From: Catajapyx aquilonaris
Taxonomy: Eukaryota
Reading direction: 5' to 3'
NCBI GenBank assembly: GCA_000934665.2
Contig: KZ538134.1
Coordinates: 62,001 to 117,771, forward strand
Length of the DNA: 55,771 nt
Below the pieces are notes generated by a model. The model worked only from the letters and a program-made list of their open reading frames with translations. It was not told the DNA's origin and made no database searches. Shown piece after piece: positions 1-11,994 of the stretch (position 1 is its first letter; every line of letters begins with the position of its first letter). A program made the translations under genes and the position numbers.

Positions 1-3000
1 ACAGCAGCTGTCGTCTGTGCCTCGATCTTGGAACTGGTTTGGCCTCCTGATCCTTTTCCACAGCATCTGTTCTCTCTGCATCTCTCTGCTGCCCCTGGGA
101 CTCTCGTTCCTCCACAGACTTGGTCTCATCCACAAACACAATCTCAGTTGCTTCTGGTTCTTTAATGCGGACTGACTCCTAAAAAAGATCAGCAATTTCA
201 ATAAACAAAATAATGCCTTCATGTAATTACACAGTGATATCTTTTATGCAGAGTGGTACACTTATTAAGGCAACCCATCCAATAATGTTGGAACCTATCC
301 AAATTTGGGACCAGTTGAAAGATGGAACCACAATCCAATTAATTTTTTTCTAAACCAGGAAATTCATTGCTTTACAAGGGCAGTTCCATTCAACCTCACG
401 TTAGTGGATAATATTTGAAAGACGCTACCCAAACGTAGCTTCTTAAAGATTAGTGTGAAATATTGCTAACCGCTATGGACACTTCAGTCAGAACCTACTA
501 CATCAATCTCTTCTGAAAGAACAATTTTTCACAATAGTGGCACTAAAGAAAGGCTTCACTGTACATATCACAGTTTAAATACAGAAAAAACTCTGGAAGT
601 AAACACATAAAACTTGGCATGAGCAACATTTGTGACAGTGTACAAAAAAATTCTTGCATCCCAAGTAGAAGTTAACTCTTTGACGACTACAGACATCATA
701 GGATGTCCGAGCATACTTTCCTGCAGTCCCTACGGACATCATATGATGTCTTGAGATTTGTCCTGACAACTTGGGACATTTTCCAATTGGTAAAATTCCA
801 ACCTCATCGATTTTCTTGAAATTCAGTCATTGGTAGCCCACCCCAAGGGATGAAAAACGCACCTATAGTTAACTGCTCAAAATCACCGTGACCCATATTG
901 GAGGGGGGCATAATTATGTCAATGCACCAAATTTCAAGAAATAGGTGAGGTCAGAATTTGACCTCTGCCCCCCCCCCCAATGGGTCACAGGGTCATATTG
1001 ATCAGGTAACTTTATAATTGATATATTTAAGGAGGTTGGCCCAGCATTGCCTTTCAACCTCCAAGGATAGGGAAGGAAGGAAGCGGCTGTGGCCTATTGT
1101 ACCAGGAATTATCCTAGAAAGACCGTGGAAAACCACAGAAAACCGCGGTCAAGGTTGCCGGCCCCAGGATTCGAACCCAGGACCTCCCGATTAGCAGTCG
1201 GACGCCTTATCCACTATGCCAACCTGCTTCGGTTTGATCAGGTAACTATAGGTAATCTGGGTAATCTGGGGGTAATCCAGGCAGTCCGCGGATTATTATT
1301 CATTAATATCACTCTTCATCTTTCCGGAAGAGGGGAAAAAGAACTCAGGCCCTGGGGTAAGGCAATGGCTCACAAACTCTCAGTCGTCAAAAGGTTAATG
1401 ATGACGTTAACTTCATATATGATTTACAAATTTTCCACTTAATACCTAGTGTTATAAGAAAGTATGCTATTTTCAATTTATTTATACATGTAATTTCAAA
1501 GGAAATTAATTACTAACCTTTTCCATTTCTCCTCTTTTCCTCCTCCGCCTTTGCCTTGATGAAGTGACCAAAATAGACACTTCATGTTGCTCCTGGTCTC
1601 CCTCTGGAGAGGCTTTCTGTTCAGCTTCCACATCATTTTCAGTCTACCATAAAAATAAAAATAGTTTTACAAACATTTTAATTCAGTCTCTCTCTTTCCT
1701 CAGCATTCAAATATCAGTACAGTGCTGACGGCCCAAGTGAAAACCCTGTATTTTCAAAAATCACGTAAATGGAGATAGATGAACTCCTCTTTGCAAGCCA
1801 CACCTTCCGGTACAACTGGTAACTGTAGGAACAACCCTTGCAAAGTTTTGGTCAATAGAAATCATGCATTTCCATAATTATACGATAATGGAAACAAAAA
1901 ATTCAAACGCGAATATCTCGAAATGACAAAAAGCCAAGATGTAGGGTTTTCACTTGGGCCGTCAGAGTGGAACCTTGTACTTTGAACAACCCTAATTTTG
2001 AACGTTCCAGAGTTTGAAAGCTATGTTCGAGAGAAATTTGATCCAGAGTTCAAACAATGAGTACGAACTCAGGTGCAGTGAAAAAAATGTGCTCGCTATG
2101 TAAATGCCATCTGTTGTGAGCCCAGGTTGTCTCTCGCTATGAAAGCATCTCTTGTGTTACGCTCGGGTGTTTTCCGTGCTTTTATTACTTTATTATTGGT
2201 GGGTTTGGTTATACATATAATGGAACCTCCTCCTCTCCACCAGCCACAAGGAGCATCACCTCTCTCTACTGGTACAGTACAGTAAAGGCAATTTTCATAT
2301 TATTATACAGTATTAATGCAGTTTATTTATTGTTTTCAGGTTTTAAAGGATTATTCAGGCTTTATGGCATTTAATCATAATATATGTTTACCTTCTATGA
2401 TGTGGGTGTTTAGGGTCTGGGAACTGATTAATTCACGTTCCATTATTTGAAATGGGAAAAATTGATTGGGACTTGAAACATTAAGAGTTAAAATGGCCAT
2501 CTGGAACGAATGAAGTTCAAAATATTGTAGTGCCTCACGATGAGGCGTAAGAGACACCACAAAATAACCCAGGGAAACACACCGGGGGGAAAGGGGTAAA
2601 ACCACCATTGTGGACTCTATTCAGGACAAGAGGTACAACACATCCATCCAGGAGGATGATAGAACATGTACATGTACAACTTACAAGTTAGTCAGATATT
2701 ACCGGGGTTAGGAGGATGATAGATCAAGAACTCCCCCATGAACTCCCCAATCCAAAACATCAGCAATGTCAGCGTCCTGGCAACAGACACTACAATATGA
2801 AGCACCACTGCATTTACAATTTCAAAAGAAATTCACTAACCCTTTCCACTTCTTCTCTTTTCCTTCTCCGCCTTCGCCTTGTTGAAGTGACCAAAACAGA
2901 CTCTTCGTGTTGCTCCTGGTCCCCCTTTGCAGAGGCTTTCTGCTCAGCTTCCACATCCTTTTCGGCCTACCATAAAAATAAATCTAGTTTTACAAACATT

Positions 3001-3898
3001 TTACTCTAATTATTATTTTCCCCAGTATAATATTCTAGCGTCATTCAAATACCAATAGTATAGTACTAAACAAATAATTACTTGTGGCAAACTTCCACAT
3101 TTTCACATATCATTACACTGTAAACAGCAAAGCATTAAAAGAACATCACTGGTGAGTCTCCAGCAGAGCACCAATTTTAATGCTCTTGGGATGCATTTTA
3201 GCTAGTGATACTCTTTTATTGTTTTGCGGTTTACAGTCCAGACATCGCATGATTAATCTTTATCCCTGGATCAGCAACAATAGAGTCTCATCTTTGCCAG
3301 AACTGGACCTAGATTATTCGGCTGGCATTGCCCTTTAACCCTGGAACCGTGCCGTGCCTACGAGTATTACATTAACCGTGCCGTGGGGTCTTTTCGGACC
3401 CCATCCATATTTTAATTTTTATTAATTATTATATTATACTTTTCAATGAATTGACTATATACAACCATTCTTTGAACAATGCCTAAAATGATCGCTAATT
3501 CAAAATAAACCTGCACTTCCTGTTATACACTGTAAAAACAATGTCAAAAGTTTATTGTAATGATCATTTTAATGTAATTTTTTCTCTTGGGGTCCAAAAA
3601 GACCCCACGGCACGGTTCCAGGGTTAACAATAATACCGCAGGAATAAGACATAAGTACAGCGTGGTACAGCATACCCTTAAGTCACCTTCTTCAGCCTCG
3701 GCTGCTCTCTCCCTTAGCTCTATGGATTCATCCTGGCTCTTTCGCGTCTGCTTGTTCCTTTTCCTGCGAACCCCAAGGTATAAAAATCATCAATCACTTA
3801 GCCGCTGAGAATAGAACAGCTTTCCAAACTTTCCAGCACTTTCCTGGAAGTTACGTGCTTGGTGATTCTGCATTATCCTGGCATTATTACCTGGTCAT
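1..3898 (-). CDS. Uncharacterised highly charged (E/R/K-rich) protein, 5' part; continues beyond the window start
   Basis: Phase-consistent GT-AG exons 3891-3898 (ATG ACC AG), 3676-3763, 2841-2966, 1518-1643, <1-178 give MTRKRNKQTRKSQDESIELRERAAEAEEGDLR-AEKDVEAEQKAS...RRRRRRKREEVER-TENDVEAEQKAS...RQRRRRKRGEMEK-ESVRIKEPEATEIVFVDE... with no stops; NLS-like basic clusters. The 8-nt first coding exon is the least certain part. Confidence 0.7.
1012..1233 (-). mobile_element. tRNA-derived SINE with 14-bp target-site duplication
   Basis: Minus-strand head has A box TGGCATAGTGG, an anticodon-like arm and B box GGTTCGAATCC; identical TTGATCAGGTAACT at 998-1011 and 1234-1247. Confidence 0.85.
1720..2530. 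mobile_element. Tigger/pogo-like non-autonomous element (right end degenerate)
   Basis: Removing the 1725-1965 insert and one TSD restores TA|CAGTGGAACCTTGTACTTTGAAC, a pogo-type end; internal TTCGAA/TTTGAA-type repeats; right TIR eroded near 2505-2530. Confidence 0.5.
1725..1965. mobile_element. Non-autonomous DNA transposon (MITE) with 23-bp TIRs and 4-bp TSD, nested in a Tigger/pogo-like element
   Basis: TIR CTGACGGCCCAAGTGAAAACCCT at both ends; AGTG duplicated at 1721-1724 and 1966-1969. Confidence 0.8.
3339..3623. mobile_element. piggyBac-type MITE
   Basis: TTAA on both sides (3335-3338, 3624-3627); perfect TIR CCCTGGAACCGTGCCGTG plus subterminal repeat ACCGTGCCGTGGGGTC. Confidence 0.9.
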
Positions 3899-5044
3899 CC
3901 TGGACAGAGAGGCGGTGCAGGGTGAGTGGTGTCAGCTAGTCAGCAGTGGAGTGCACAGAGCAGCAGGTGGCCAGCAGACGCTTCGGAACTTCTCGAATCG
4001 ATGGCGGCAGCCATCATTCTTTTCCTAAACAAATGACGATCGACAACAGGTGACGCCATCTCTCGGCCACTCATCTAACTAGGGCAGGATTTGAACACTA
4101 AATAAGTTTAATGATAAATGAGACTTTATGGATTCAATCTCTCAAAAAAATATATCTGAACAATGGTGTACAACATTATACTCTCGTGGTCTACATACAG
4201 GCACTATTACTACCGTACCAAGATTGTCTGCACAAAAATGTCCGGATATATCAGTCATTACTGATGTCATGTTGCGAATAACTCTGGATGTTACATTCTC
4301 AAACATCACTGGTACACTCAAAATAATACAGCACTGGTCACAAAATAGCAACAGTACGAGTGACACAACAGCGAGGTACTTTTTCCAGTCACTTATTGAA
4401 AGAACAATATCGTCATCAAAATTTTCATCTGCACTGTGATATGTTGATATACAGATATCAGATTTTGTACAAAAATATTTTATGTGCAAAACTACATTTG
4501 ATTATCAGAGGTTTTTAAAAGCGTATTTTCCAGAACAATACCTTAATGTTCCACATAATAATGTCATGATCAATTTTTTGCAGGCAATTCAGTAATGGAG
4601 GTCTTACACTGCTTATTATTTACGTGCACAACTCACAACCTAGAGCTTGTATCTTACATGTAAACTTAAGTTGGGTAACAAGTTACCAAACTGTCCAATT
4701 CTCACTAGACTATATAGCAACTTAAGATACAGCCTCTAGGGCCCAATACCTGAAAATAGAGAAAGGACTTTTCAGGCCATTCATGCATCTGAATCCATTT
4801 TTAAAAAAAATAAGCACTGCACTACTGAGATGCACTTAAGTTACATATCCATTAAGCAGTGCAATACACCCATTAAAAGCAGTAACTTATCAAAACAACA
4901 TGGCAACTTGTATTTTGGAGTATTACGGACTCATCTGTCAATTACGGCCAACCATTATAGAGAGCAAATCTTTCAAACTGTTGATGTATTTCTAGCAGAA
5001 GATTCTATTACAGGGGAAACTTTATATTCAGAATAAAGAATATA

Positions 5045-5438
5045 CAGGGTGGTCCAACTTCAAGTGTCGTTTTATACCGGCTATTAATATTAGAGCTTTA
5101 CGATTATCGTAGCAGCCACGTGTAAAATGGCCCACTTCGGCGCCATCGAAAATATTAGCTGTGTTTAGTTTGCAGGCTTCCCCCATGCATTACAGGTCCA
5201 TGGTCCATCTGGTGCCTTGGGCGTCACCCATTTCACCCAGGCCTATAGCAGGTCATGTGTGCACCTCCTTTTTTCCATGCCAACCCAGCAGCAGGGTTGA
5301 TTACATGTGTGCTGCTATTGGCAGCTAATATTTTCGATGGCGCCGAAGTGGGACATTTTACACGTCGCTGCTACGTCATCGCAAAATCACTGCTATTAAT
5401 CGCCGTTATAAAACAACACTTGAAGTTGAACCACCCTG
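5045..5438. mobile_element. Tc1/mariner-type MITE with ~115-bp TIRs
   Basis: TA|CAGGGTGG...CCACCCTG|TA; long imperfect inverted arms (about 5045-5161 and 5322-5438). Confidence 0.88.
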
Positions 5439-5624
5439 TATGTGTTACTTAAGGATATGCTCAACAGGTAGGGGTTTAGAACCAAGGCAATAATGGACCT
5501 GAGACAGACATATGAAACTGGGCAGATGAGACTGGAAATGTGAGCCAGCCGATTTCAGAGAAATAACTCTATTCTCTGTTTTCTATGTCTATAAACTTTA
5601 TAAATCAGAATTTCTGTTTCACTG

Positions 5625-6107
5625 CAGTTGACAATCTCTTATCCGAAGCCATTGGGACCAGCAATTTTTTGAAACTCAGAATTTTTCAGATTGTGGAATG
5701 GTACACTACAAACATACTGTAAATACCAGTAATTGGTCAACCCACTAACTCTAAAGCCTTTGTAGATTATATACCTTCAGTAAAGGCACGATTACCCCTA
5801 GTCTGAAGACCTATCACTTTGGCACAAACACTTTCTGAACTTCTGCATTTTATGATCTTGGACAGTGGTTTCCACAAGCCCAAGTGTGTTGGGTGGGCCA
5901 ATTCCACGATACCTAGGCACAATTATTTGCAACTACCTCGCAAGAATGAGTACAGTAAGAACTTATCAGCATGTGAGACACATGAGACATATGCCTGGCA
6001 CCAAACATGAGCATTGGTGCACAGACCACAGACAACCATCATTAAAAAAACTTTTGGTTTACAGAGCTTTTCGGTTTTCAGAACTTCCGGTAAGTAATTG
6101 TCAACTG
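5625..6107. mobile_element. Tigger/pogo-like MITE
   Basis: CAGTTGACAATCTCTTATCCG at the left end versus CCGGTAAGTAATTGTCAACTG|TA at the right end; the left TA is mutated. Confidence 0.7.
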
Positions 6108-6708
6108 TACTCAAAAATTTGCTAGAAATACAAGTTATGTTGTTTTGACATTTCTGCATCACTAGAATGTGTGCCTACAAGGCATTCAAGCACCATTTTT
6201 ATGCAATGTAGCAATTTTCACAGCTTAATAGTTACACAGTGATGGTTTGATTTAGTTTATTGAGGAAGCTAAGGAAACAGAAGCCAAAAGGCAGAGGAGA
6301 GGGTGCAAGAAGAAATGGCTTTTACACATGTTAGGAACCAGAAGACCCCAGAAAGATCCTACGTGAACATTTTGAGAAACAAGATGGAGAAGCGCAATGA
6401 TTGTTGCATACTCCACAAAAAGTAGCACCATCACCATGAAACTTTTCATGCCGTAGTAACTTCTCCTTATTTACTACTGATGTAATATAAAGTTTTCCTA
6501 GTTGTACTATACGATTTCCTTAAAATCAATGTACATTAACATAGAACTTTGAAAGCAGACTTTTATCTTCCACACTTTCCTACACTTTTGAGTTCAAACA
6601 GGAAGCGAGCCAAGTTGCCAGGCTCTTTCTAACATGGGCTGAGATGCCAACGATGCTCAAAACCCTCAAGTGGCACTCTATCAATTCCTTTTCGTTACGA
6701 AATTGCAT

Positions 6709-9700
6709 TTAGACCACTTCTTCATCCTCTTTCTCATCTACTTGGGATGAATCGGTACTGGTTCGGCCTATCCTGTCTCTCCTCGCAACTTCCCGTAATC
6801 TTTCTCTCTCTTCCTCTTCCTCCCTCCACCTACCCTTGCCCTCTTCCCACCTATCTTTCACGTCATAATAACCATCTCTCCACCTGTCCTCATCTCCTGT
6901 CTGACTATCCTTCTCCTCACATTCCTCTCTCCATCTATCCTCATCTTCTCTCTCCTTTCGCCACCTCCACCTGTTCTTCCGCAACTCCTCATCCTCTTCC
7001 CTACAACTATCCTGACCCGTACTTTGTCCAGTCCACCTGTTAATCTCACCTTCCACTCTCACATGCTCTACAACCGTCTCATCTTTGCTGCTATCCACAC
7101 TTCTCCATTTATAATCACCTTCACTCTCACTTTTCCACAGCTCCTTACTGTCATCAGGCAACTTGGCCTCACCTACTACCTTCTCTCTCACAATGTCCTC
7201 GACTTCTCCACTCCACTGGCTATCACCTCCCCACTTAGCCAAATCCTCAACACCACTCCAACCCTTTTCCTGCTTCCCTTCTGCCTCCTCCCACCCTTCC
7301 ACACCATCCAAATACAACACGTTCTTTCTGCGTACATCCCTGCACTCCCCACTGTCCTCCCTCTGCAACCACCTCTGCACTTTCTTGCTCCTCTGCCTCC
7401 TTCTCTTCTCTTTCTCATCCCCCTCCTCTTCCTCCTCTCCGTCCTCCTTCTTTGTCATCAGCTTCTCCCTCATGCTTAGATCCAAAGCCTGTATCTGGGT
7501 CCGAGTCCTCTGCTCTGCAACAGCCAGCCTCCGATCTAGCCACTGCCTGGCACCATCAATGTGCCCCAGTAACTCACGCTTATCCTTCTGCATTTGCCGC
7601 GTAACATGACAAAGTAATGGACCACAATAACACGTGGTTCCAACTCCCACTGGTCCTTTGCGAATGTTGCCTGCCAGGTCCAAGTAGTATTGCTCCCCTT
7701 TGTGCAGTGGCTCCTTAGGCAAAGAGTCCAAATTTGGCCGAGGGAAGTCCCGGAGGTCAGGATAATAGTGGCATCCATAAGGTGACCACTGCTGCTGGAG
7801 GCCCTTACCAGTAGACACAGGTTCAAAGTGCACCTAGGAAATAAATATGACTTTAGCCAACTAACATTAGGTCAGCTCTGCAAGACTGCCTCGGAATTTT
7901 CACTCCAATATTTGCAGTACAGTATAAGATCAAACTGGACTTATTACAAAGCATTACACACACCTTTGGACCTTCACTGCTCCCGCCACTCTTATGCTTT
8001 TTCTCCTTGGCTCTAGTGCTACTCTCCTTACTAGACGTTCCACTTTCTGCCTTCCCTCGCTTCTTTTTATCCTTATCCTTGCCGCCTTTCTTTGGAGCTA
8101 CCTCAGCCTTTACAGTAATATCTTGGGCGGGTACCACCAGAGGGATGTCTTGCTCTAAGAGTGCAGCTATTTCTGCATAGTCCTTTCTCAAAGCAATGTC
8201 TTGAGCTGTTTCCCCTTGCTTGTTGACGAGGGATTTGTCACACCCAGACTCTAGGAGAATCCGAGACAGTTTGCGACGGCCCATTGCAACAGATATGTGG
8301 AGAGCAGTGTCACCATTCTGGAAAGTAGAAAATGGAATGATGAGTAATTTTCTTCCTTTTTATTACAATTCTAAAACATGATGCTTAATAACAGCAGAAG
8401 AAATTAATTACAGTTACAATTTATATTGTGAATTATTTAATAACAATTTCACTACTTCCATAATCTTAACTTAGAAAACAGCCTGTAACCAGCTTACTTT
8501 GTTCTGTTCGCTGACAGCACAGAGAGCACTAATGAGTATTCGGGCGACCCCAGCATGTCCATAACGCGAACTGGTGTGGAGTGGGGTGTCACCGTACTGT
8601 GGAGTAGACAATATACAAATTAAAATAATAAATAAGTATTACATCTCTAAATAGCTTTTTTAATCTATAAAACAACAGCAAAAGAAGTGACTGGAGGGCA
8701 TGGAAATGACAGCTACGAGTACTATCAAACTTACATTGTTTTTCAGATCAGACGGGCATCCAGCAAGTAGCAGTTCCCTACAACCCTGATTGTGCCCATT
8801 CTGGCAGCAAAGATGCAGGGGCACAAATCCTCCAAAATTCTTGACATTAAGGTTCGCACCAGCACGGCACAGAAGATGAATAGTGCGGCTTTTCCCCCAC
8901 CAAGCAGCCTCGTGAAGGGCAGTATTCCCATGCTGGGAATCCTGGTGGTCCACATCCACTTCATGCTTTATCAAGAGCTTCACTACCTCTTCATGACCCT
9001 CTGATGAAGCACGCTGAAGGGCATTAAAGCCACTCTGGAATGAACAGCAATTTTTTCCGCTCACTACATGCACCTAAATGGGAGCAGCACGGTGGTGTAG
9101 TGGTTAGTGCCCCAGACGTTCACCTCCGAGGCCCCAAGTTCGATCCCTGGGTTGGACAGAGGATACTCAGAATGTGGATAGAGTTTCGTTGGGTGCTCTG
9201 TGTTCACATGGGTTTTCCCAGGGTTCTCCCATTTCCTCCCACAATCAAAACCCATCATAGCACAGGTAATTGATTCAAGTCATTTAATGAAAAGCGGATC
9301 CCTTGAAAGGCCCAAGGAGTTCACAGGGTAACCACCATCATCATGATCAAGATCATTATTATTATTACATGCATCAAAATGCAATAAATGAGCCCTTTCA
9401 TGAGTCTTTGTACCCTCATAATAAAGGCCATTTCACAAAAAAATGTTGCGCGGAAAACGGCGCGACTTGCGGCAAATTTTTTATTTATATTTATTGCTGC
9501 CAATTGTTGGCAATAATAAATATTTTTTAAAAATTTGCCGCAAGTCGCGCCGTTTGCCGCGCGACATTTTTTTGTGAAATGGCCTTAACAGTCAGAACAA
9601 GATAGCATAAGCCCCGATGGGTTAGTCACTTATGTCGTCCTTCATACATGGAGGCTGAAGTCTGACTGAAGTCAGGACAATGTTCGTGAAGTCTGTCGTA

Positions 9701-10078
9701 CACTATAGTATCAAGTGACTAACCCCTCAGTCAGTACCTAAGCCCTCTTCACCAAAGGGTATGTAACACCCACATGCAGCAATAAGTTGTTGTTATAATA
9801 AATGGGCCACATTATACCAACGCACCAGGTCAGTAGCATTGGCATCACACCCAGCCAGTAAAAGTGCTGCAACGGTGTCACCAAACCCTCCAGCAGCCGC
9901 ATGGTGAAGCGGAGTCCATCCATCCTGCAATTGCAACAACAGAATCAAACCTGCACTCTTCTCGACTATATAGTGACAACCCCACCTTGTCAGTCACCAC
10001 CTCGACCCCTTCGCTGAGCAGCCTGACCACCGTGGCCGTGTCCCCTTCTCTGGCCGCCTGCACCAGCTTATCAGACAT
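6709..10078 (-). CDS. ANKRD6: Ankyrin repeat domain-containing protein 6 (diversin / diego-like, planar cell polarity)
   Basis: Phase-0 exons 9986-10078, 9826-9924, 8735-9034, 8498-8596, 7964-8317, 6709-7833. Ankyrin repeats (DGWTPLHHAA, GNTALHEAAWWG, PLHLCCQNGHNQGCRELLLAG, YGDTPLHTSSRYGH, NGDTALHISVAMGRRKLSRILLESG) resemble ANKRD6; the YLDLAGNIRKGPVG..CYCGP block and coiled coil follow, then an acidic low-complexity tail. Confidence 0.85.
9081..9365 (+). mobile_element. tRNA-derived SINE with V-SINE-like central domain, in an ANKRD6 intron
   Basis: A box TGGTGTAGTGG, B box AGTTCGATCCC; central GGGTTTTCCCAGGGTTCTCCCATTTCCTCCCACA; (CAT)n/(TAT)n tail; 14/16-matching TSD TACATGCAxCxAAATG at 9065-9080 and 9366-9381. 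Confidence 0.8.
9425..9585. mobile_element. Palindromic PIF/Harbinger (Tourist-like) MITE
   Basis: Almost fully palindromic AGGCCATTTCACAAAAAAATG...CATTTTTTTGTGAAATGGCCT flanked by TAA on both sides. Confidence 0.8.
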
Positions 10079-10541
10079 GACCACCACCTTCTAGCCCTGA
10101 GAGACTCCAAGGCTCGGATGGGCAACGACCCTCGGTTCATCCCCCATCAGGGAGACACACCCTCCGCATTTCCATGTCACCATTGTCTCTCTCCATCCGC
10201 CCCGAGAGGTCCATCAAAGATATCTAGCCCTGATTAGACCCATTCCAACAACACCCAACTCGGGGGTCCACCACCACCCGCCATCTTTGATTCTTCGTGG
10301 TTTTTTATTATTTTTTTTTCACCACTCTTTTGGTGGGTTGAAGATGGACGTTTTAAGGTGTGATGGCCAATGGGTGCTCGAGGCCTCTGGCTCTTTGGAA
10401 CCAATGGCCAACGAGGGGGCTGCGGAATTCGCCCGTTCTGCTTCATTCCTCTCAGATCATTCCACATTTCTGGCCACGTCCCGAATTACATACCACTCAC
10501 ACCAGTAAATACAATATGAAAAAAATTGGCATACTTGGTCA

Positions 10542-10830
10542 AGTCACTTCCAGGAGTAAGGTAGCAGACCTGAAGTTCAAAATAGCCTCCTTACTCGTTA
10601 TCCTCCTGAGACCCGGAGTACAGTATACTGTACCTTTGGTTTTTTTTGTGTTTTTTTACGCGTTTGAGTTAGTCAGAAGGTGCTGGAAAAAACAAAAGTA
10701 CAGTATAAAAGTACAGTATACTGTACCAGGGGTCTCAGGAGGATAACCTACTAGCTGTCAGGAAGAGGTAGGAGCACCTCTGAGGCTATTTTGAGCTTCA
10801 GGTCTGCTACCTTACTATTGGAAGTGACTG
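10542..10830. mobile_element. Tc1/mariner-like MITE (~48-bp TIRs) containing a second MITE
   Basis: AGTCACTTCCAGGAGTAAGGTAGCAGACCTGAAGTTCAAAATAGCCTC is inverted at about 10783-10829, followed by G|TA. Confidence 0.75.
10597..10747. mobile_element. Small MITE (piggyBac-like CCTCCTGAGACCC ends) nested in the 10542-10830 element
   Basis: GTTATCCTCCTGAGACCC / GGGTCTCAGGAGGATAAC inverted ends; subterminal palindromes GTACAGTATACTGTAC. Confidence 0.75.
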
Positions 10831-11212
10831 TACTGTTCACATGCAGCGGATTACGAGTCGGGATGGATTCAGACCGCTTCAGACGAGGGTCGTTTGGAGC
10901 GGCAACAACTAACGACAACGACGACCGGTTCACACGCGGTCGTTGATGATGCCTATGTTACTGTCGTTGGGATCCACCAAACGGCAACAACTAACGACAA
11001 CGACCGTGTGAACCGTCAATATAATTATTATCAACAGTGTACGTATAACTAGAGACCATACTCCCGATTATCCGTACATGACAAAAACAAGTCCGAAAAG
11101 GCAAAGAAATGTTACTGTACACACGGAAATCTGTGAGAAATTGCGAATACGGTACTGTATTTGGCACTGCGCGAATCTGTGCGCCACGTATTTCCAACCC
11201 TATCGATCGAAG

Positions 11213-11994
11213 ATGGCCGCTATTCAACACCCTCGGGTTTCACCTGTCCAGGTTAAGAGATACGACCTGACCGGTACAGTACATGCAATTTATGTAGCAT
11301 TTGGTCATGTTTCAAATGACAGTGTGATGCTCGAATTGTGAGGTCACATTTTGGCGATGTACCTGGAGGTTGTCACCAGATTGTTTGATTTCATAGCGGA
11401 AGACCCTGATAAGGAGGCGCCTCAACAGTGCCACCACCTGCGTCTGGACAGCCCGACCACGCAGTCAATCCTTAAGCAGCTAGGTCTGGAGTCTGACAAC
11501 GTGGTACTCAAGTTGCGGGATCGCACCACTCTAGTCCCACTAGTCTACCTCGAGCGCAACAGCAGGGACATGGTCCTTGAAGTGGTGCCCATGCACCAAA
11601 ATGGTAACATTAGTTGCACTCTGCAACATACATTGAAACTGATTGTATATCACGCACAGGGCATGCCCCAGTTATGCAACGTTTCTGTACATGTTTCCTC
11701 CAGTGTCGACAACACCTGCATCCAACTATATCGAGTCTTACCTCAAGACAGTCAGGGCCAAGCTGAACAACCTCGACAAACGGGTACGTCGTCCACTCTA
11801 GAAAGAGAAGTTGTCTTGAAGGCCCTTCGTTGCAGGTGACAAGACTGGAATCAGCAGCCCCAAAATACCAGCAGGAAAGAGCCAACAAAGTCCGAGCAGA
11901 GGCAGACAGCCTTTCCGCCACCATATCATTCCTTCTCCGCCGCCTCCATGAATCTGAGCCGCTCCCATGGCAGCACCGCTGTAACCAGCGCTAG
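11213..11994 (+). CDS. Uncharacterised 168-aa protein with C-terminal coiled coil
   Basis: Phase-consistent exons 11213-11273, 11397-11603, 11704-11783, 11836-11994: MAAIQHPRVSPVQVKRYDLTAEDPDKE...VVLKLRDRTTLVPLVYLERNSRDMVLEVVPMHQNVSTTPASNYIESYLKTVRAKLNNLDKRVTRLESAAPKY...HRCNQR*; DRE-like TATCGAT at 11201; AATAAA at 11999-12004. Confidence 0.8.

Noticed and set aside
1160..1233. tRNA-like sequence with a GCT anticodon
   Set aside because: No acceptor stem or long Ser variable arm; it continues into a SINE body flanked by a TSD.
3940..4017. ATG-initiated short ORF upstream of the first gene
   Set aside because: Stops after about 25 codons; more likely a YY1-type ATGGC promoter motif or uORF than the gene start.
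4128..4489. Overlapping 103-115-aa ORFs on both strands
   Set aside because: No recognisable motif or consistent exon chain; probably UTR or intergenic.
6747..7609. Several long plus-strand ORFs rich in P/S/L
   Set aside because: Antisense shadows of the purine-rich ANKRD6 last exon.
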